From: Eledone cirrhosa
Lineage: Eukaryota
Length of the DNA: 64,000 nt
NCBI GenBank assembly: GCA_964016885.1
Contig: OZ024740.1
Span: 253,704,001-253,768,000 of the forward strand
Direction of reading: 5' to 3'
Position numbers and translations under genes: made by a program. The number at the start of each line of letters is the position of its first letter. The stretch's first letter is position 1. The notes under the pieces are model-generated. The model saw only the letters and a list, made by a program, of their open reading frames with translations. It did not search any database and was not told where the DNA came from. Positions 27,113 to 41,019 of this stretch are shown here, one piece after another.

Positions 27113-28081
27113 AAAATCAAAATCAATATCATGTCAACTGTTGACCTTTCCCAGTCCAGTTCAACTTGTATATAATAATAATAATTATAATAATAATAGT
27201 TTGCTTTATGCTGGTAATGGCGGTGAGTGGTGGATGGTGTCAGTGTGGTGGTGGTGGATGGTCAGTGATGGTGGTGGCAGTTGTGCAGACAATGGTGTTG
27301 ATGCTGTTACTGTAGTCGCATATATATAAATACATACATACACACACATTCAACACAGACAATGGTTTTGTTGCTGTTGTGTTGTTGTTGCTGTCGTTGT
27401 TGTTGTTCTTCTTCTTCTTCATTTCACTGCTGCTGTTGCTGCAGACAATGGTGTTGATGCTGTTATTGCAGTCGCATACATATAAATACATACATACACA
27501 CACATTCAACACAGACAATGGTGTTGTTGCCGTTGTTGTTGTTGTTGTTGGTGTTGCTGTGTTGAAATCTGGTCACATCCACTGAGATATACATATACAC
27601 ACACATATATATATGTATATACACATACATACATCAAAAGAGTCAGCAGTATGTCAACAGGTCAGTCACCTTAGATAGAGTAATGAGTAATGTGGTGATG
27701 GTGGGTAGCGAGTGTAGACATTGTTATTGCAGTGATGGTGGGGAGCGAGTGTAGACGTTATTGTTATTGTGGTGGTGGGGGTCAGTGAGATGTACAAGTT
27801 CATAGTTCACTTGTCTCCTTTCCTCTCTCTTCAAAATTTTTGAATTTATGACCCCTTGCAATGGCGGACAAGTATATTTAATATATAAGAAGCAAAGAAA
27901 ATTTTTCAACGATACGAAAGATTTCCTGGTGGAAGTTCAGGTGTACTCAGGGTTGGTATCCAGTTTCGGGGTGAAAATCCAACGAAGTTTGAGAGGTCCA
28001 CGTAAGCATTGATATATATATGTATGTAAAATGTAAGCAGAAATAACAACACATATACTAATGAACATGTTTTTACATTAA

Positions 28082-28160
<79 letters not shown>

Positions 28161-28185
28161 CATATATATATACATATATATATAC

Positions 28186-28276
<91 letters not shown>

Positions 28277-28299
28277 ATATATAAGATCAAAAGAATATA

Positions 28300-28730
28300 T
28301 GTTTTCTAAATTTAAGACAGTAGGGAGGGGTGTGATATGGGGGAGAGTTAAGTTCTCTTTGTCATTGAAGTAAATAAATGTTTGACCATTCCACTCAAAA
28401 ACAAACGTTCTCTCTCTCTCTCCCTCTCTCTTCGGCGTTCCTAAAGTAAGTTTGTAAGCATGTATGTAGTTTTGTCGAATTTGAAGGGGAGTAGAGAGGT
28501 GAGCAGATTCTATTAGAGGGGTAAAGCGTCATGTATTTAGTTTTATCGATTATTTCCATAATTGTGGGGGAGTTTGAATGGAATAAATAGTCGTTGACCT
28601 AAGTTAGACCATTTACAACATTCTCACAGACCTTCAGTCGAATCGGTTTGAAATTGTGCAAATGTATAAACATGGAACATGTGCACACACACACACAACA
28701 ACAACAATCTGCCTTTTATAGATAATGATA
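28300..28730 (-). mobile_element. Partial copy of the 9874-10899 Helitron
   Basis: Reverse-complement similarity. Confidence 0.75.
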
Positions 28731-28756
28731 TATATATATATATATACATATATATA

Positions 28757-29425
28757 TGTAGGAGGTGAGTTTTATTGTAGTACAATAAAGCAATGCAGAT
28801 ATCGGATAAGTAGCACTCTACAGTTTGTAGGACTGGAGTATAAATAATATATAAGATCAAAAGATGGTTAAAAGAGTTCCATGTATTTTATTATGTGCAT
28901 TTCAAAAACAAATATCATCATGCAATAACATTTGTGTTTTCAGCAGATAAAATAGGAAGACATGATATGAAGGTTAAAAACACTTGTGGATAGTTCAGTT
29001 TTAAATCAACATATGAAAAGTAGTTTTAGATTGATGTGTGATATTGGGAGAAAAAAAATTTGGGGGGGGGGGGGGGGGGCGAGATGACAAAGAGGAGGAG
29101 ATGAGAGTAAAAAGTGGAGGGGGAGAAGTATAATGAGGAAGGATGAGATAGGAGGAGAGGTGGGTGATAGAGAGAGAGAGAGATAGCTTTTATAACTGAG
29201 AAAAATATATTGTTTTACATAGGGAGGTTGAAAAACCGTTGGAAGATAATATATAAATTAAATGAATTTGAAAATTAACGAAGAGAAAAATAATGTTAAG
29301 TGGAACTCTTTTAACCATCTTTTGATCTTATATATTATGTATACTCCAGTCCAACAAACTGTAGAGTTCTTCTTATCCGATATCTGCATTGCTTTATTGT
29401 ACTACATTAAAACTCACCTCCTACA
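28757..29425. mobile_element. Element bounded by ~125-bp inverted repeats within (TA)n
   Basis: 28757-28881 is the reverse complement of 29301-29425; purine-rich interior. Confidence 0.75.
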
Positions 29426-29460
29426 TATATATATATACATATATACATATATATATATAT

Positions 29461-31897
29461 CATCATCATCATCATCATCACCGTTTTACGTCCGTTCTTC
29501 CACGCTAGCATGGGTTAGACGGGTTGTCCTGTTGTGGGCAGTGTCTGGTCGGCTGACCATGCCTTGCTCATACAGGAACTGATCTGGCTTGATTTCTACA
29601 GCTGGATGCCCTTCCTAACACCAACCTCATTTACAGTGAGTGCTGGGTGCTTTTTCGTGGCGCCTACACGTCCACTTTACAGTGTGGGCTGGGTGCTTTT
29701 TTGCCGTGGCACCTCCACGGCCACCTTGCGGTGGGGGGGGGGGGGGGGGCATATTATTTATATGCTTCAGCGTGTACCCATGGGAGGTCGGGTACCCTGT
29801 ATTACTGCGTGACGCCAGAAGTCACGGTCGTGTGTCATTGACTTTGAGAGGTGTAGTTGGGTAAGGTCGGCTTTTATCACCTCATCCCAAGTCATCTTGG
29901 GTCTCCCCACTCCGCGGTTTCCATCAACTTCTAGTGCTCTGCACCTTTTTATGCAGCTGTCATCCTTCATACGCATCACATGTCCATACCAGCGTAACCG
30001 CCTCTCCTGCACGCAGCATTTGATTCCTCTTATGCTCAGTCTCTCTCTCAATTCATTTATGCTTTGTCGTTCACGTATATTACTGTTACACATCCATCGG
30101 AGCATGCAGGCTTCGTTTCTCTCTAATCTACGTAAGTCTTCCACCTTCAGCGCCCAGGTCTCACTACCATGCAACATCGCTGTTCGGATACACGCATCAT
30201 ACAGTCTGCCTTTCATTCTGAGGGAGAAGCCTTTTGCAGCTAGCAGTGGTAGTAGTTCCCTAAACTTCTTCCATCCCGTTCTTACCCTAGTTATTGTACT
30301 TTCTGAGCACCCACCTCCGTTGCTAATTCGGTCACCTAGGTAGCAGAAGCTGTCTACTGTTTCTACAGGGCCCTCCCAGAGATTGGTGGTACTTGTTTCC
30401 TGTAGCTGTTTGCTTGCTGTTTCAGCACAGCTGCTGCATGTGAATCCTACACTCTTAATTAAGCTTCCTGAGATCCCGCTACATCTCTTGTGTACCCATT
30501 GTTTGCATTTGGGGCAGAGAATGGAGTTCCTACCTACACCTTTCCTACATACTGAGCAAGGCCATTTCCCTGAGGGGATCTGGGTTCTGTTTTCTCGTCT
30601 ACTTACAAGGACCTTAGTCTTTGTCATGTTGACTTTGAGGCCCTTTCTCTCTAGTCCCTGCTTCCAGGTTTGGAATTTATTCTCTAGTTCTACCATAGAT
30701 TCAGCTATGAGTGCGAGGTCATCAGCATACAGGAGTTCCCATGGGCATCCGGTCTTAAACTCCTCCGTTATTGCCTGCAGGACTATGATGAACAGGAGAG
30801 GGCTAAGAACAGAGCCCTGGTGGACCCCAACCTGTACGCTAAATTCCTCGCTATACTCATTGCCAATCCTAACTTTGCTGACTGCTCCCCTATACATGGC
30901 TTGTACCGCTTTCACAAGCCATTCATCTACTCCTAGTTTTCTAAGAGCCCACCAGATTACTGCACGTGGAACTCTGTCAAAGGCTTTCTCAAGGTCGACA
31001 AATGCCAAGTAGAGTGGCTTACTTTTAGCTAGGTACTTTTCCTGTAATTGCCTCACAAGGAAGAGGGCATCAGTGGTGCCTTTCCCTGGTACAAACCCAA
31101 ATTGCATCTCGTCTATATTCACCCGGTCCCTAATCAGCTGTGCTATAACTCTTTCTGTTACTTTCATGACCTGGTCCATCAACTTTATACCTCTATAGTT
31201 TCCTCTATCTAGTGCATCGCCTTTACCTTTGTAGCAGTTGACAATGATGCTACTGCACCAATCTTTTGGTATGGCCCCCTCTAGTATTACCTGGTTAACG
31301 ATACGTGTGGTTATAGTGTGACCTACAGACCCAGATGCCTTCAGCATCTCGGCAGCTATACCCGATGGACCGGTTGCCTTCCCTATCTTCATATCTCTGA
31401 TTGCCTTACTTACTACGCTGCCGCTGACTTGTACTGCTGGTCCCTCTATAGGGTCTACGTGGGGTAGGGTCTCTTCTTCCCATGCATTCTCCTCATTTAG
31501 TAATCTATCATAATGACTCTTCCATGCATCTTTCTTCTCAGCACTTGTGAGGGCAAGCTCACCTTTATCATTCCGGATACACTTCTCTCCAATGACATCA
31601 CAACTATCTCTGACACACTGCCTCGCAATCTTGAATACCTCCTGTTTCTGGTCCTCACGTTGTAAAACATGCTTGAATTTTCTATCCTCTGCTTCCCTCC
31701 TAGCTAAGTATACTTGTCGCCTAGCTTCCCTCTTGGTCTCTATGTAATGTACCCTGCTCCCCCCGTTCTTCCATTCTTTCCATGCCTGTCTCTTGGCCTT
31801 GACTGCTTCATCTACCTTATTGTTCCACCACCAAGTCACTCTCCTCCTGCTTGAGGTCTTACTCCAGCCACAAACCTCATCCGTCGCCTCTAGTAAG
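29461..31897 (-). mobile_element. 5'-truncated RTE LINE, subfamily B (open RT frame)
   Basis: Uninterrupted frame from [12 protein letters not shown] to the stop at 29767; (GAT)n tail. Confidence 0.95.
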
Positions 31898-31912
31898 TTA
31901 TTTTTTTTATAG

Positions 31913-31987
<75 letters not shown>

Positions 31988-31992
31988 TATAC

Positions 31993-32025
<33 letters not shown>

Positions 32026-32039
32026 CATATATACATATA

Positions 32040-33271
32040 TCATCATCAACGTTTAACGTCCGTGTTCCACGCTTGCATGGGTTTGGATGGGGGTATTCCC
32101 ACTTGAGGCAAGAGTGATTGTCTTGCTCGCATAGGACTGTCTGGCAGGTTTTCTACAGTTGGATGCCCTTCCTAACACCAACCACATTTACAGTGTGGGT
32201 CTGGGAGGTTTTTACCGTGTTGCCTACACGGCCACATTACAGCGTGGACTGTGTTTTTTTGTCGTGACACCTACACGATCTCATTTGTTTCGCCCTGGAT
32301 GGCGTGGCACCAACATAACTTTACATAGAAGGGGGGGTGGGGTGGGGGGGGGGGGTGTATTTTGTTAGAGATGCCTACTGGTTGTAGTAGGTTTTACTAT
32401 GTATTTAGGTAAGGCGGGTCTTCTCTGTTACTGAGTACCGCCAAAGGTCTCGGTCCAGTGACATTGTCTTGGAGAGGTGTAAGTGTGTGAGGTCGGAGTT
32501 TATCAGCTCGTCCCAGGTTTTTCTAGGTCTGCCTATTCTGTGGCTACCGTCTATCTTTATTGCCCTGCACTTTGTTATACAGCTATCGACTTTCATGCGC
32601 ATCACGTGTCCATACCAACGTAGCCTTCTCTCGAGTAAACAACATCTGATCCCTCTTATTTCTAATTTTTTCCTTAGTTCGTTTATGCTTTGCCGTTCAC
32701 GTATATTACTGTTACACATCCAGCGGAGCATGCAAGCTTCGTTCCTCTCTAGTCTGCGTATATCCTCTGCACACAATGCCCAGGTCTCACTGCCATGCAA
32801 CATTGCTGTTCGTATGCAGGCATCATACAACCTGCCTTTCATTTTTAGGGAGAACCCTTTAGCAGCTAATAGTGGTATAAGCTCTCTGAACTTTTTCCAA
32901 CCAGTTCTGACTCTAGCTACTGTACTTTCAGAGCACCCTCCCCCACTGCTGATTTTGTCGCCCAGGTAACTGAAGCTGTCCACTATTTCTATAGAACCCT
33001 CTGCGCAATTGAAAGAGCTAGTATTTTGTGGGCCCTTGCTGCTACTTATTGCACCAGAGCACCGGCCACATGTAAAATCTATGTTCTTAGTTAGCTTACC
33101 TGTGATCCCACTACATCTTTTATGCACCCATACTTTGCATTTGGGACATAAAATGGAGTTTCTACCTACGCCTTTCCTACGCACTGAGCATGGCCATTTC
33201 CCAGAAGGGACCGGCGCCTTATTTTCTTTCCTACAAACTAGAACTTTAGTCTTAGCCAGGTTAATTTTAAG
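32040..33271 (-). mobile_element. RTE subfamily C, 3' portion
   Basis: Begins at [10 protein letters not shown] and runs through the 3' UTR and (GAT)n tail. Confidence 0.93.
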
Positions 33272-33342
<71 letters not shown>

Positions 33343-33343
33343 G

Positions 33344-33374
<31 letters not shown>

Positions 33375-33387
33375 GTATATATATATG

Positions 33388-33418
<31 letters not shown>

Positions 33419-33456
33419 GTATATATATGTATATATATATATACATATATATATAC

Positions 33457-33517
<61 letters not shown>

Positions 33518-33534
33518 CATATATATATATATCT

Positions 33535-35804
33535 CCTCATTGTTTCGACCGCGGACGGCTAACATAATCCCATCGCCCCCCCGCCCCCCACCGACCCCAA
33601 CCCCCAAACGCAATCCAAAACTTCAGAGTTGGTACCATAAATGTAGGCACCCTAAAGGGTCGCGCTAACGAGGTTGTAGAAATGCTTGAACGTAAGGAGG
33701 TCGATGTTTGTTGTATTCAAGAAACCAGGTGGAGGGGTGGGTCTGCTAGATTCATTGAGGGTAAAAAACGATGTTATAAGCTTTTCTGGGTGGGAAACGA
33801 CGATGGGCTGGGTGGAGTAGGAATCATGGTAGCGGAAAAGTGGGCAGATAAGATAATAGACGTAAATAGAGTGAACGACAGAATAATTAAAATACGACTT
33901 GTCCTCAATAGAACTACGGTGACAGTAATATCTGCGTACGCACCCCAATCCGGACTGCCCGGCACTATAAAAGACAGATTCTATGAGACACTGATGCTAA
34001 CTACCTCCCAAATATCCGACAGTGACTATATAATTATTGCAGGCGACCTAAATGGTCACGTTGGACAACATTGTGACGGCTACGACGAAATCCATGGAGG
34101 CTATGGGTTTGGTACTAGAAATGAGGAAGGCTCCAGAATCCTGGAATTCTGTGATGCAAATAACCTAACTATCTGTAACACTAACTTCAAAAAACGTGAC
34201 AATCACCTGATCACCTATAGATCCGGGGAACACACAAGCCAGGTAGATTATATCCTTACCAGAAGACGTGACAGAGTGTCTGTTGTAAACACCAAATCCC
34301 TCCCCCAAGAAGAATGCACCTCCCAACATAGACTGATAATTAGCGACCTCATAGTCAGGACGAGACGTACTCGACAGCAGAAGAGGACTATCCTCAGGAG
34401 AAAAATATGGAAGCTAAAGGACCCCACAGCCAGGAATAAATTTCAAAGCATATTACTTGATGCTTTTGACAGTAAGGAAGAACATTTAGAGTCGGACAAT
34501 ATAGAGGGAGAGTGGGAATTTCTGAAAGCAAACCTGCTGTTGGCGACAGACGAAGTCTGTGGCTGGAGCAGGCCTGTAGGCAGGAGGAGAGTAACATGGT
34601 GGTGGAACAGTAAGGTGGAGGGGTCAATTAAGGCCAAAAAGCAGGCTTGGAAAGTATGGCGGGATGGGGGAAGTAGAGAAGACTATAAAGTGGCCAGGAG
34701 GGAAGCTAGGAGACAAGTGTACTTAGCAAGAAGGGAAGCTGAGGAAAGAAAGTTCAAGCATGTTCTACAACACGATGACCAAAAACGTGAGGTGTTCAGG
34801 ATTGCTAGGCAATGCGTCAAGGAAAACTGTGATATTATCGGGGAGAAGTGTGTACTAAACGACGATGGCACACTTGCCATCACCGACGCTGATAAGAAGG
34901 TAGCTTGGAAGTGTCACTATGAAAGGCTACTAAATGAGGAGAATAAATGGGAGAAAGACAGTCTCCCCCATATCGACCCAATAGAGGGACCGGCAGTGTT
35001 AGTCGAAGGGAGTATAATAAGTAAGGCAATCAAGGATATGAAAACGGGTAAGGCGGCTGGGCCTTCGGAAATAGTTGCTGAGATGCTGACTGCATCTGGC
35101 ACGGTGGGACACACCATGGTCACCCGCATAGTTAACCAAGTCGTACAGAATGGGGTTGTTCCGAAGGACTGGCATAGCAGCATCATCGTTAACTGTTATA
35201 AGGGTAAAGGAGACGCCCTAGATAGGAGTAACTATAGAGGCATTAAATTAATCGACCAGGTCATGAAGGTCACGGAAAAAATAATAGCGCAACTAATCAG
35301 AGAGAGAATCGACCTAGATAAAATGCAGTTCGGGTTTGTGTCAGGCAAAAGTACCACAGCCGCTCTTTTCATAGTACGACAACTACAGGAGAAGTACCTA
35401 GCTAAAGGTAAACCCCTCTACTTAGCTTTTGTCGACTTGGAGAAAGCCTTCGACAGAGTCCCCCGCTCCATTATCTGGTGGGCTCTTAGAAAACTAGGCG
35501 TTGACGAATGGCTTGTGAGGGCTATACAAGCCATGTATAAAGAAACAGTCAGCAAGGTTAGAATTAACAACGAATATAGTGAAGAGTTTAGCGTAAAAGT
35601 TGGCGTCCATCAGGGCTCTGTTCTCAGCCCCCTACTATTTATTATTGCCCTTCAGGCTATAACAGAGGAGTTCAAGACAGGCTGCCCATGGGAACTCCTA
35701 TACGCAGATGATCTAACGCTCATAGCTGAATCAATGGCCGAACTAGAGAAGAAATCCCAAACATGGAAGCACGGCCTAGAATCAAAAGGCCTTAAAATTA
35801 ACCT
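33535..35804 (+). mobile_element. RTE subfamily C, 5' portion (APE + RT up to GLKINL)
   Basis: Open frame with INVGTL, IQETRW, GDLNGHVG, LLYADD; ends abruptly at KINL. Confidence 0.93.
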
Positions 35805-35811
35805 ATTTATT

Positions 35812-35955
35812 ATAGAAGGGCATCCAACTGTAGAAAGCCTGCCAGACAGTCCTATGCGAGCAAGACAATCACTCTTGCCTCAAGTGGGACTACCCCCGTC
35901 CAAACCCATGCAAGCGTGGAACACGGACGTTAAAAGTTGATGATGATGATGATGA
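35812..35955 (+). mobile_element. Short RTE 3' tail
   Basis: GAAGGGCATCCAACTGTAGAAA..GGACGTTAAAAG(TGA)n. Confidence 0.85.
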
Positions 35956-36065
<110 letters not shown>

Positions 36066-36079
36066 TACATATATATATC

Positions 36080-38543
36080 GTACAATATAGAGGAACAGTG
36101 GAAATTCCTGAAAGCAAACCTGCTGACGGCGGCAGACGAAGTCTGTGGCTGGAGCAGGCCTGTAGGCAGGAGGAGAGTAACATGGTGGTGGAACAGTAAG
36201 GTGGAGGAGTCAATTAAGGCCAAAAAGCAGGCTTGGAAAGTATGGCGGGATGGGAGTAGAGAAGACTATCAAATGGCCAGGAGGGAAGCTAGGAGACAAG
36301 TGTACTTCGCAAGAAGGGAAGCAGAGGAACATGTTCTACAACGTGAGGACCAAAAACGTGAGGTGTTCAGGATTGCTAGGCAATGTGTGAAGGAAAACCG
36401 TGATATTGTCGGGGAGAAGTGTGTACTTAATGATGATGGCGTACTTGCCATCACTGACGCTGATAAGAAGGTAGCTTGGAAGTGTCATTACGAAAGGCTT
36501 CTAAATGAGAAGAATAAATGGGAGAAAGACAGTCTCCCCCACATCGATCCAATAGAGGGACCAGCAGTGTTAGTCGAAGGTAGTATAATAAGTAAGGCAA
36601 TCAAAGATATGAAGACGGGTAAGGCGGCTGGGCCTTCGGAAATAGTTGCTGAGATGCTGAAAGCCTCTGAACGGTGGGACACACCATGGTCACCCGGATA
36701 GTAAACCAAGTCATACAGAATGGGGTTGTTCTGAAGGACTGGCGTAGCAGCATCATCATTAACTGTTACAAGGGTAAAGGAGATGCTCTAGATAGGAGTA
36801 ACTATAGAGGCATTAAATTAATCGACCAGGTCATGAAGGTCACGGAAAAAATAATACCGCAACTAATCAGAGAGCGAATTGATCTAGAAGAAATGCAGTT
36901 CGGGTTTGTGTCAGGCAAAAGTACCACAGATGCTCTTTTCATTGTACGACAACTACAGGAGAAGTACCTAGCTAAAAGTAAACCCCTATACTGGGCTCTT
37001 AGAAAACTAGGTGTTGACGAATGGCATGTGAGAGCTATACAAGCCATGTATAAAGAAACAGTCAGCAAGGTTAGAATTAACAATGAATATAGTGAAGAGT
37101 TTAGCGTAAAAGTTGGTGTTCATCAGGGCTCTGTTCTTAGCCCCCTACTATTTATTATTGCCCTTCAGGCTATAACAGTGGTGTTCAAGATCGGCTGCCC
37201 ATGGGAACTCCTATACGCAGGTGATCTAACGCTCATAGCTGAATCAATGGCCGAACTAGAGAAGAAATCCCAAACATGGAAGCACGGCCTAGAATCAAAA
37301 GGCCTTAAAATTAACCTGGCTAAGACTAAAGTTCTAGTTTGTAGGAAAGAAAATAAGGCGCCGGTCCCTTCCGGGAAATGGCCATGCTCAGTGTGTAGGA
37401 AAGGCGTAGGTAGAAACTCTATTTTATGTCCCAAATGCAAAGTATGGGTGCATAAAAGATGTAGTGGGATCACAGGTAAGCTAACTAAGAACATAGATTT
37501 TATATGTGGCCGGTGCTCTGCTCAGGTGCAATAAGTAGCAGCAAGTGGCCACAAAATACTAGCTCTTTCAATTGCGCAGAAGGTTCTATAGAAATAGTGG
37601 ACAACTTCCGTTACCTGGGTGACAAAATCAGCAGTGGGGGAGGGTGCTCTGAAAGTACAGTAGCTAGAGTCAGAACTGGATGGAAAAAGTTCAGAGAGTT
37701 TATACCACTATTAGCCGATAAAGGGTTCTCCCTAAAAATGAAAGGCAGGTTGTATGATGCCTGCATACGAAAAGCAATGTTGCATAGCAGTGAAACCTGG
37801 GCATTGTGTGCAGAGGATATACGCAGACTAGAGAGGAACGAAGCTTGCATGCTCCGCTGGATGTGTAATAGTAATATACGTGAATGGCAAAGCATAAACG
37901 AACTAAGGGAAAAATTAGAAATAAGAGGGGTCAGATGTTGTTTAATCAAGAGAAGGCTACGTTGGTATGGTCATGTGATGCGCATGAAAGACGACAGCTG
38001 TATAAAAAAGTGCAGGGCAATAAAGATAGACGGTAGCCACGGAGTAGGCAGACCCAGAAAAACCTGGGACGACCTGATAAATTCCGACCTCACACACTTA
38101 CACCTCTCCAAGACAATGTCACTGGACCGAGATCTTTGGCGGTACTCAGTAATAGAGAAGACCCGCCTTGCCTAAATACAAAGTAAACCTACTACAGTCA
38201 GTAGGCATCTCTAACAAAATACGCCCCCGTCACACCACCCCCGCCCCTTTCAATGTAAAGTTACGTTGGTGCCACAACATCCAGGCCGAAACAAATGAGA
38301 TCGTGTAGGTGTCACGACAAAAAAACACACAGTCCACGCTGTAATGTGGCCGTGTAGGCAACATGTTAAAACCTCCCAGTCCCACTGTAAATGTGGTTGG
38401 TGTTAGGAAGGGCATCCAGCTGTAGAAAACCCGCCAGACAGTCCTATGCGAGCAAGACAACCACTCTTGCCTCAAGTGGGAAAACTCCTGTCCAAACCCA
38501 TGCAAGCGTGGAACATGGACGTTAAACGATGATGATGATGATG
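36080..38543 (+). mobile_element. 5'-truncated RTE subfamily C, pseudogenised
   Basis: Frameshifts, deletion of the [10 protein letters not shown] segment, YADD mutated to YAGD. Confidence 0.93.
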
Positions 38544-38556
38544 ATATATACATATA

Positions 38557-40420
38557 TCATCATCATCATCATCATCATCAGGTTTAGCGTCCGTGTTCCA
38601 CGCTTGCATGGGTTTGGACGGGGGTTTTCCCACTTGAGGCAAGAGTGGTTGTCTTGCTCGCATAGGACTGTCTGGCAGGTTTTCTACAGTTGGATGCCCT
38701 TCCTAACACCAACCACATTTACAGTGTGGGGCTGGGAGGTTTTTACCGTGTTGCTTACACGGCCACATTACAGCGTGGACTGTCTGGCGGGTTTTCTACA
38801 GCTGGATGCCCTTCCTAACACCAACCACATTTACAGTGTGGGGCTGGGAGGTTTTTACCGTGTTGCCTACACGGCCACATTTACAGCGTGGACTGTGTGT
38901 TTTTTGTCGTGACACCTACACGATCTCATGTGTTTCGGCCTGGATGTTGTGGGACCAACATAACTTTACATTGAAAGGGGCGGTGTGGGTGGGGTGGAGG
39001 TGGTGGGACGGGGGTGTGTTTTGATAGAGATGCATACTGACTGTAGTAGGTTTTTACTTTGTATTTAGGTAAGGCGGGTCTTCTCTATTACTGAGTACCG
39101 CCAAAGGTCTCGGTCCAGTGACATTGTCTTGGAGAGGTGTAAGCGTGTGAGGTCGGAATTTATCAGCTCGTCCCATGTTTTTCTGGGTCTGCCTACTCCG
39201 TGGCTACCGTCTATCTTTATTGCCCTGCACTTTGTTATACAGCTGTCGTCTTTCATGCGCATCACGTGACCGTACCAACGTAGCCTTCTCTCGACTAAAC
39301 AACATCTGATCCCTCTTATTTCTAATTTTTTCCTTAGTTCGTTTATGCTTTGCCGTTCACGTATATTACTATTGCACATCCAGCGGAGCATGCAAGCTTC
39401 GTTCCTCTCTAGTCTGCGTATATCCTCTGCACACAATGCCCAGGTCTCACTGCCATGCAGCATTGCTGTTCGTATGCAGGCATCGTATAGCCTGCCTTTC
39501 ATTTTTAGGGAGAACCCTCTAGCGGCTAATAGTGGTATAAGCTCTCTGAACTTTTTCCATCCAGTTCTGACTCTAGCTACGGTACTTTCAGAGCACCCTC
39601 CCCCACTGCTGATTTTGTCACCCAGATAACGGAAGCTGTCCACTATTTCTATAGAACCCTCTGCGCAGTTGAAGGAGCTAGTATTTTGTGGGCACTTGCT
39701 GCTACTTATTGCACCAGAGCACCGGCCACATGTAAAATCTATGTTCTTAGTTAGCTTACCTGTGATCCCACTACATCTTTTATGCACCCATACTTTGCAT
39801 TTGGGACATAAAATGGAGTTTCTACCTACGCCTTTCCTACACACTGAGCATGGCCATTTCCCAGATGGGACCGCCGCCTTATTTTCTTTCCTACAAACTA
39901 GAACTTTAGTCTTAGCCAGGTTAATTTTAAGGCCTTTTGATTCTAGGCCGTGCTTCCATGTTTGGAATTTCTTCTCTAGTTCGGTCATTGATTCAGCTAT
40001 GAGCGTTAGATCATCTGCGTATAGGAGTTCCCATGGGCAGCCGGTCTTGAACTCCTCTGTTATAGCCTGAAGGGCAATAATAAATAGTAGGGGGCTAAGA
40101 ACAGAGCCCTGATGGACACCAACTTTTACGCTAAACTCTTCACTATATTCGTTGTTAATTCTAACCTTACTGACTGTTTCTTTATACATGGCTGGTATAG
40201 CTCTCACAAGCCATTCGTCAACACCTAGTTTTCTAAGAGACCACCAGTTAATGGAACGGGGGACTCTGTCGAAGGCTTTCTCCAAGTCGACGAAAGCTAA
40301 GTATAGGGGTTTACTTTTAGCTAGGTACTTCTCCTGTAGTTGTCGTACAATGAAAAGAGCGTCTGTGGTACTTTTGCCTGACACAAACCCGAACTGCATT
40401 TCATCTAGATCAATTCTCTC
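38557..40420 (-). mobile_element. 5'-truncated RTE subfamily C
   Basis: Open RT frame from [11 protein letters not shown] to the stop at 39065; ~115-bp duplication in the 3' UTR. Confidence 0.94.
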
Positions 40421-40451
<31 letters not shown>

Positions 40452-40452
40452 G

Positions 40453-40498
<46 letters not shown>

Positions 40499-40667
40499 CA
40501 TATATATACATATATATATATATATATACATATATATACATATATATATATATATATACATATATATACATATATTTATATATACATATATATACATATA
40601 TATATATATATACATATATATACATATACATATATATACATATATATATATATATACATATATATAC

Positions 40668-40698
<31 letters not shown>

Positions 40699-40723
40699 CA
40701 TATATACATATATACATATATAT

Positions 40724-40754
<31 letters not shown>

Positions 40755-40795
40755 TACATATATACATATATATACATATATATACATATATATAT

Positions 40796-40828
<33 letters not shown>

Positions 40829-40871
40829 TATATACATATACATATATACATATATATATATACATATATAC

Positions 40872-40902
<31 letters not shown>

Positions 40903-40935
40903 CATATATACATATATATATACATACATATATAT

Positions 40936-40966
<31 letters not shown>

Positions 40967-41019
40967 CATACATATATATATATATACATATATACATTAT
41001 ATATATATATATACATATA
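40421..41019. repeat. ~600-bp (TA)n tract with periodic CA interruptions
   Basis: Visible directly. Confidence 0.95.

Noticed and set aside
27905-28010. Possible + strand exon ending at GTAAGC
   Set aside because: No recognisable protein or partner exons; more likely a repeat terminus.
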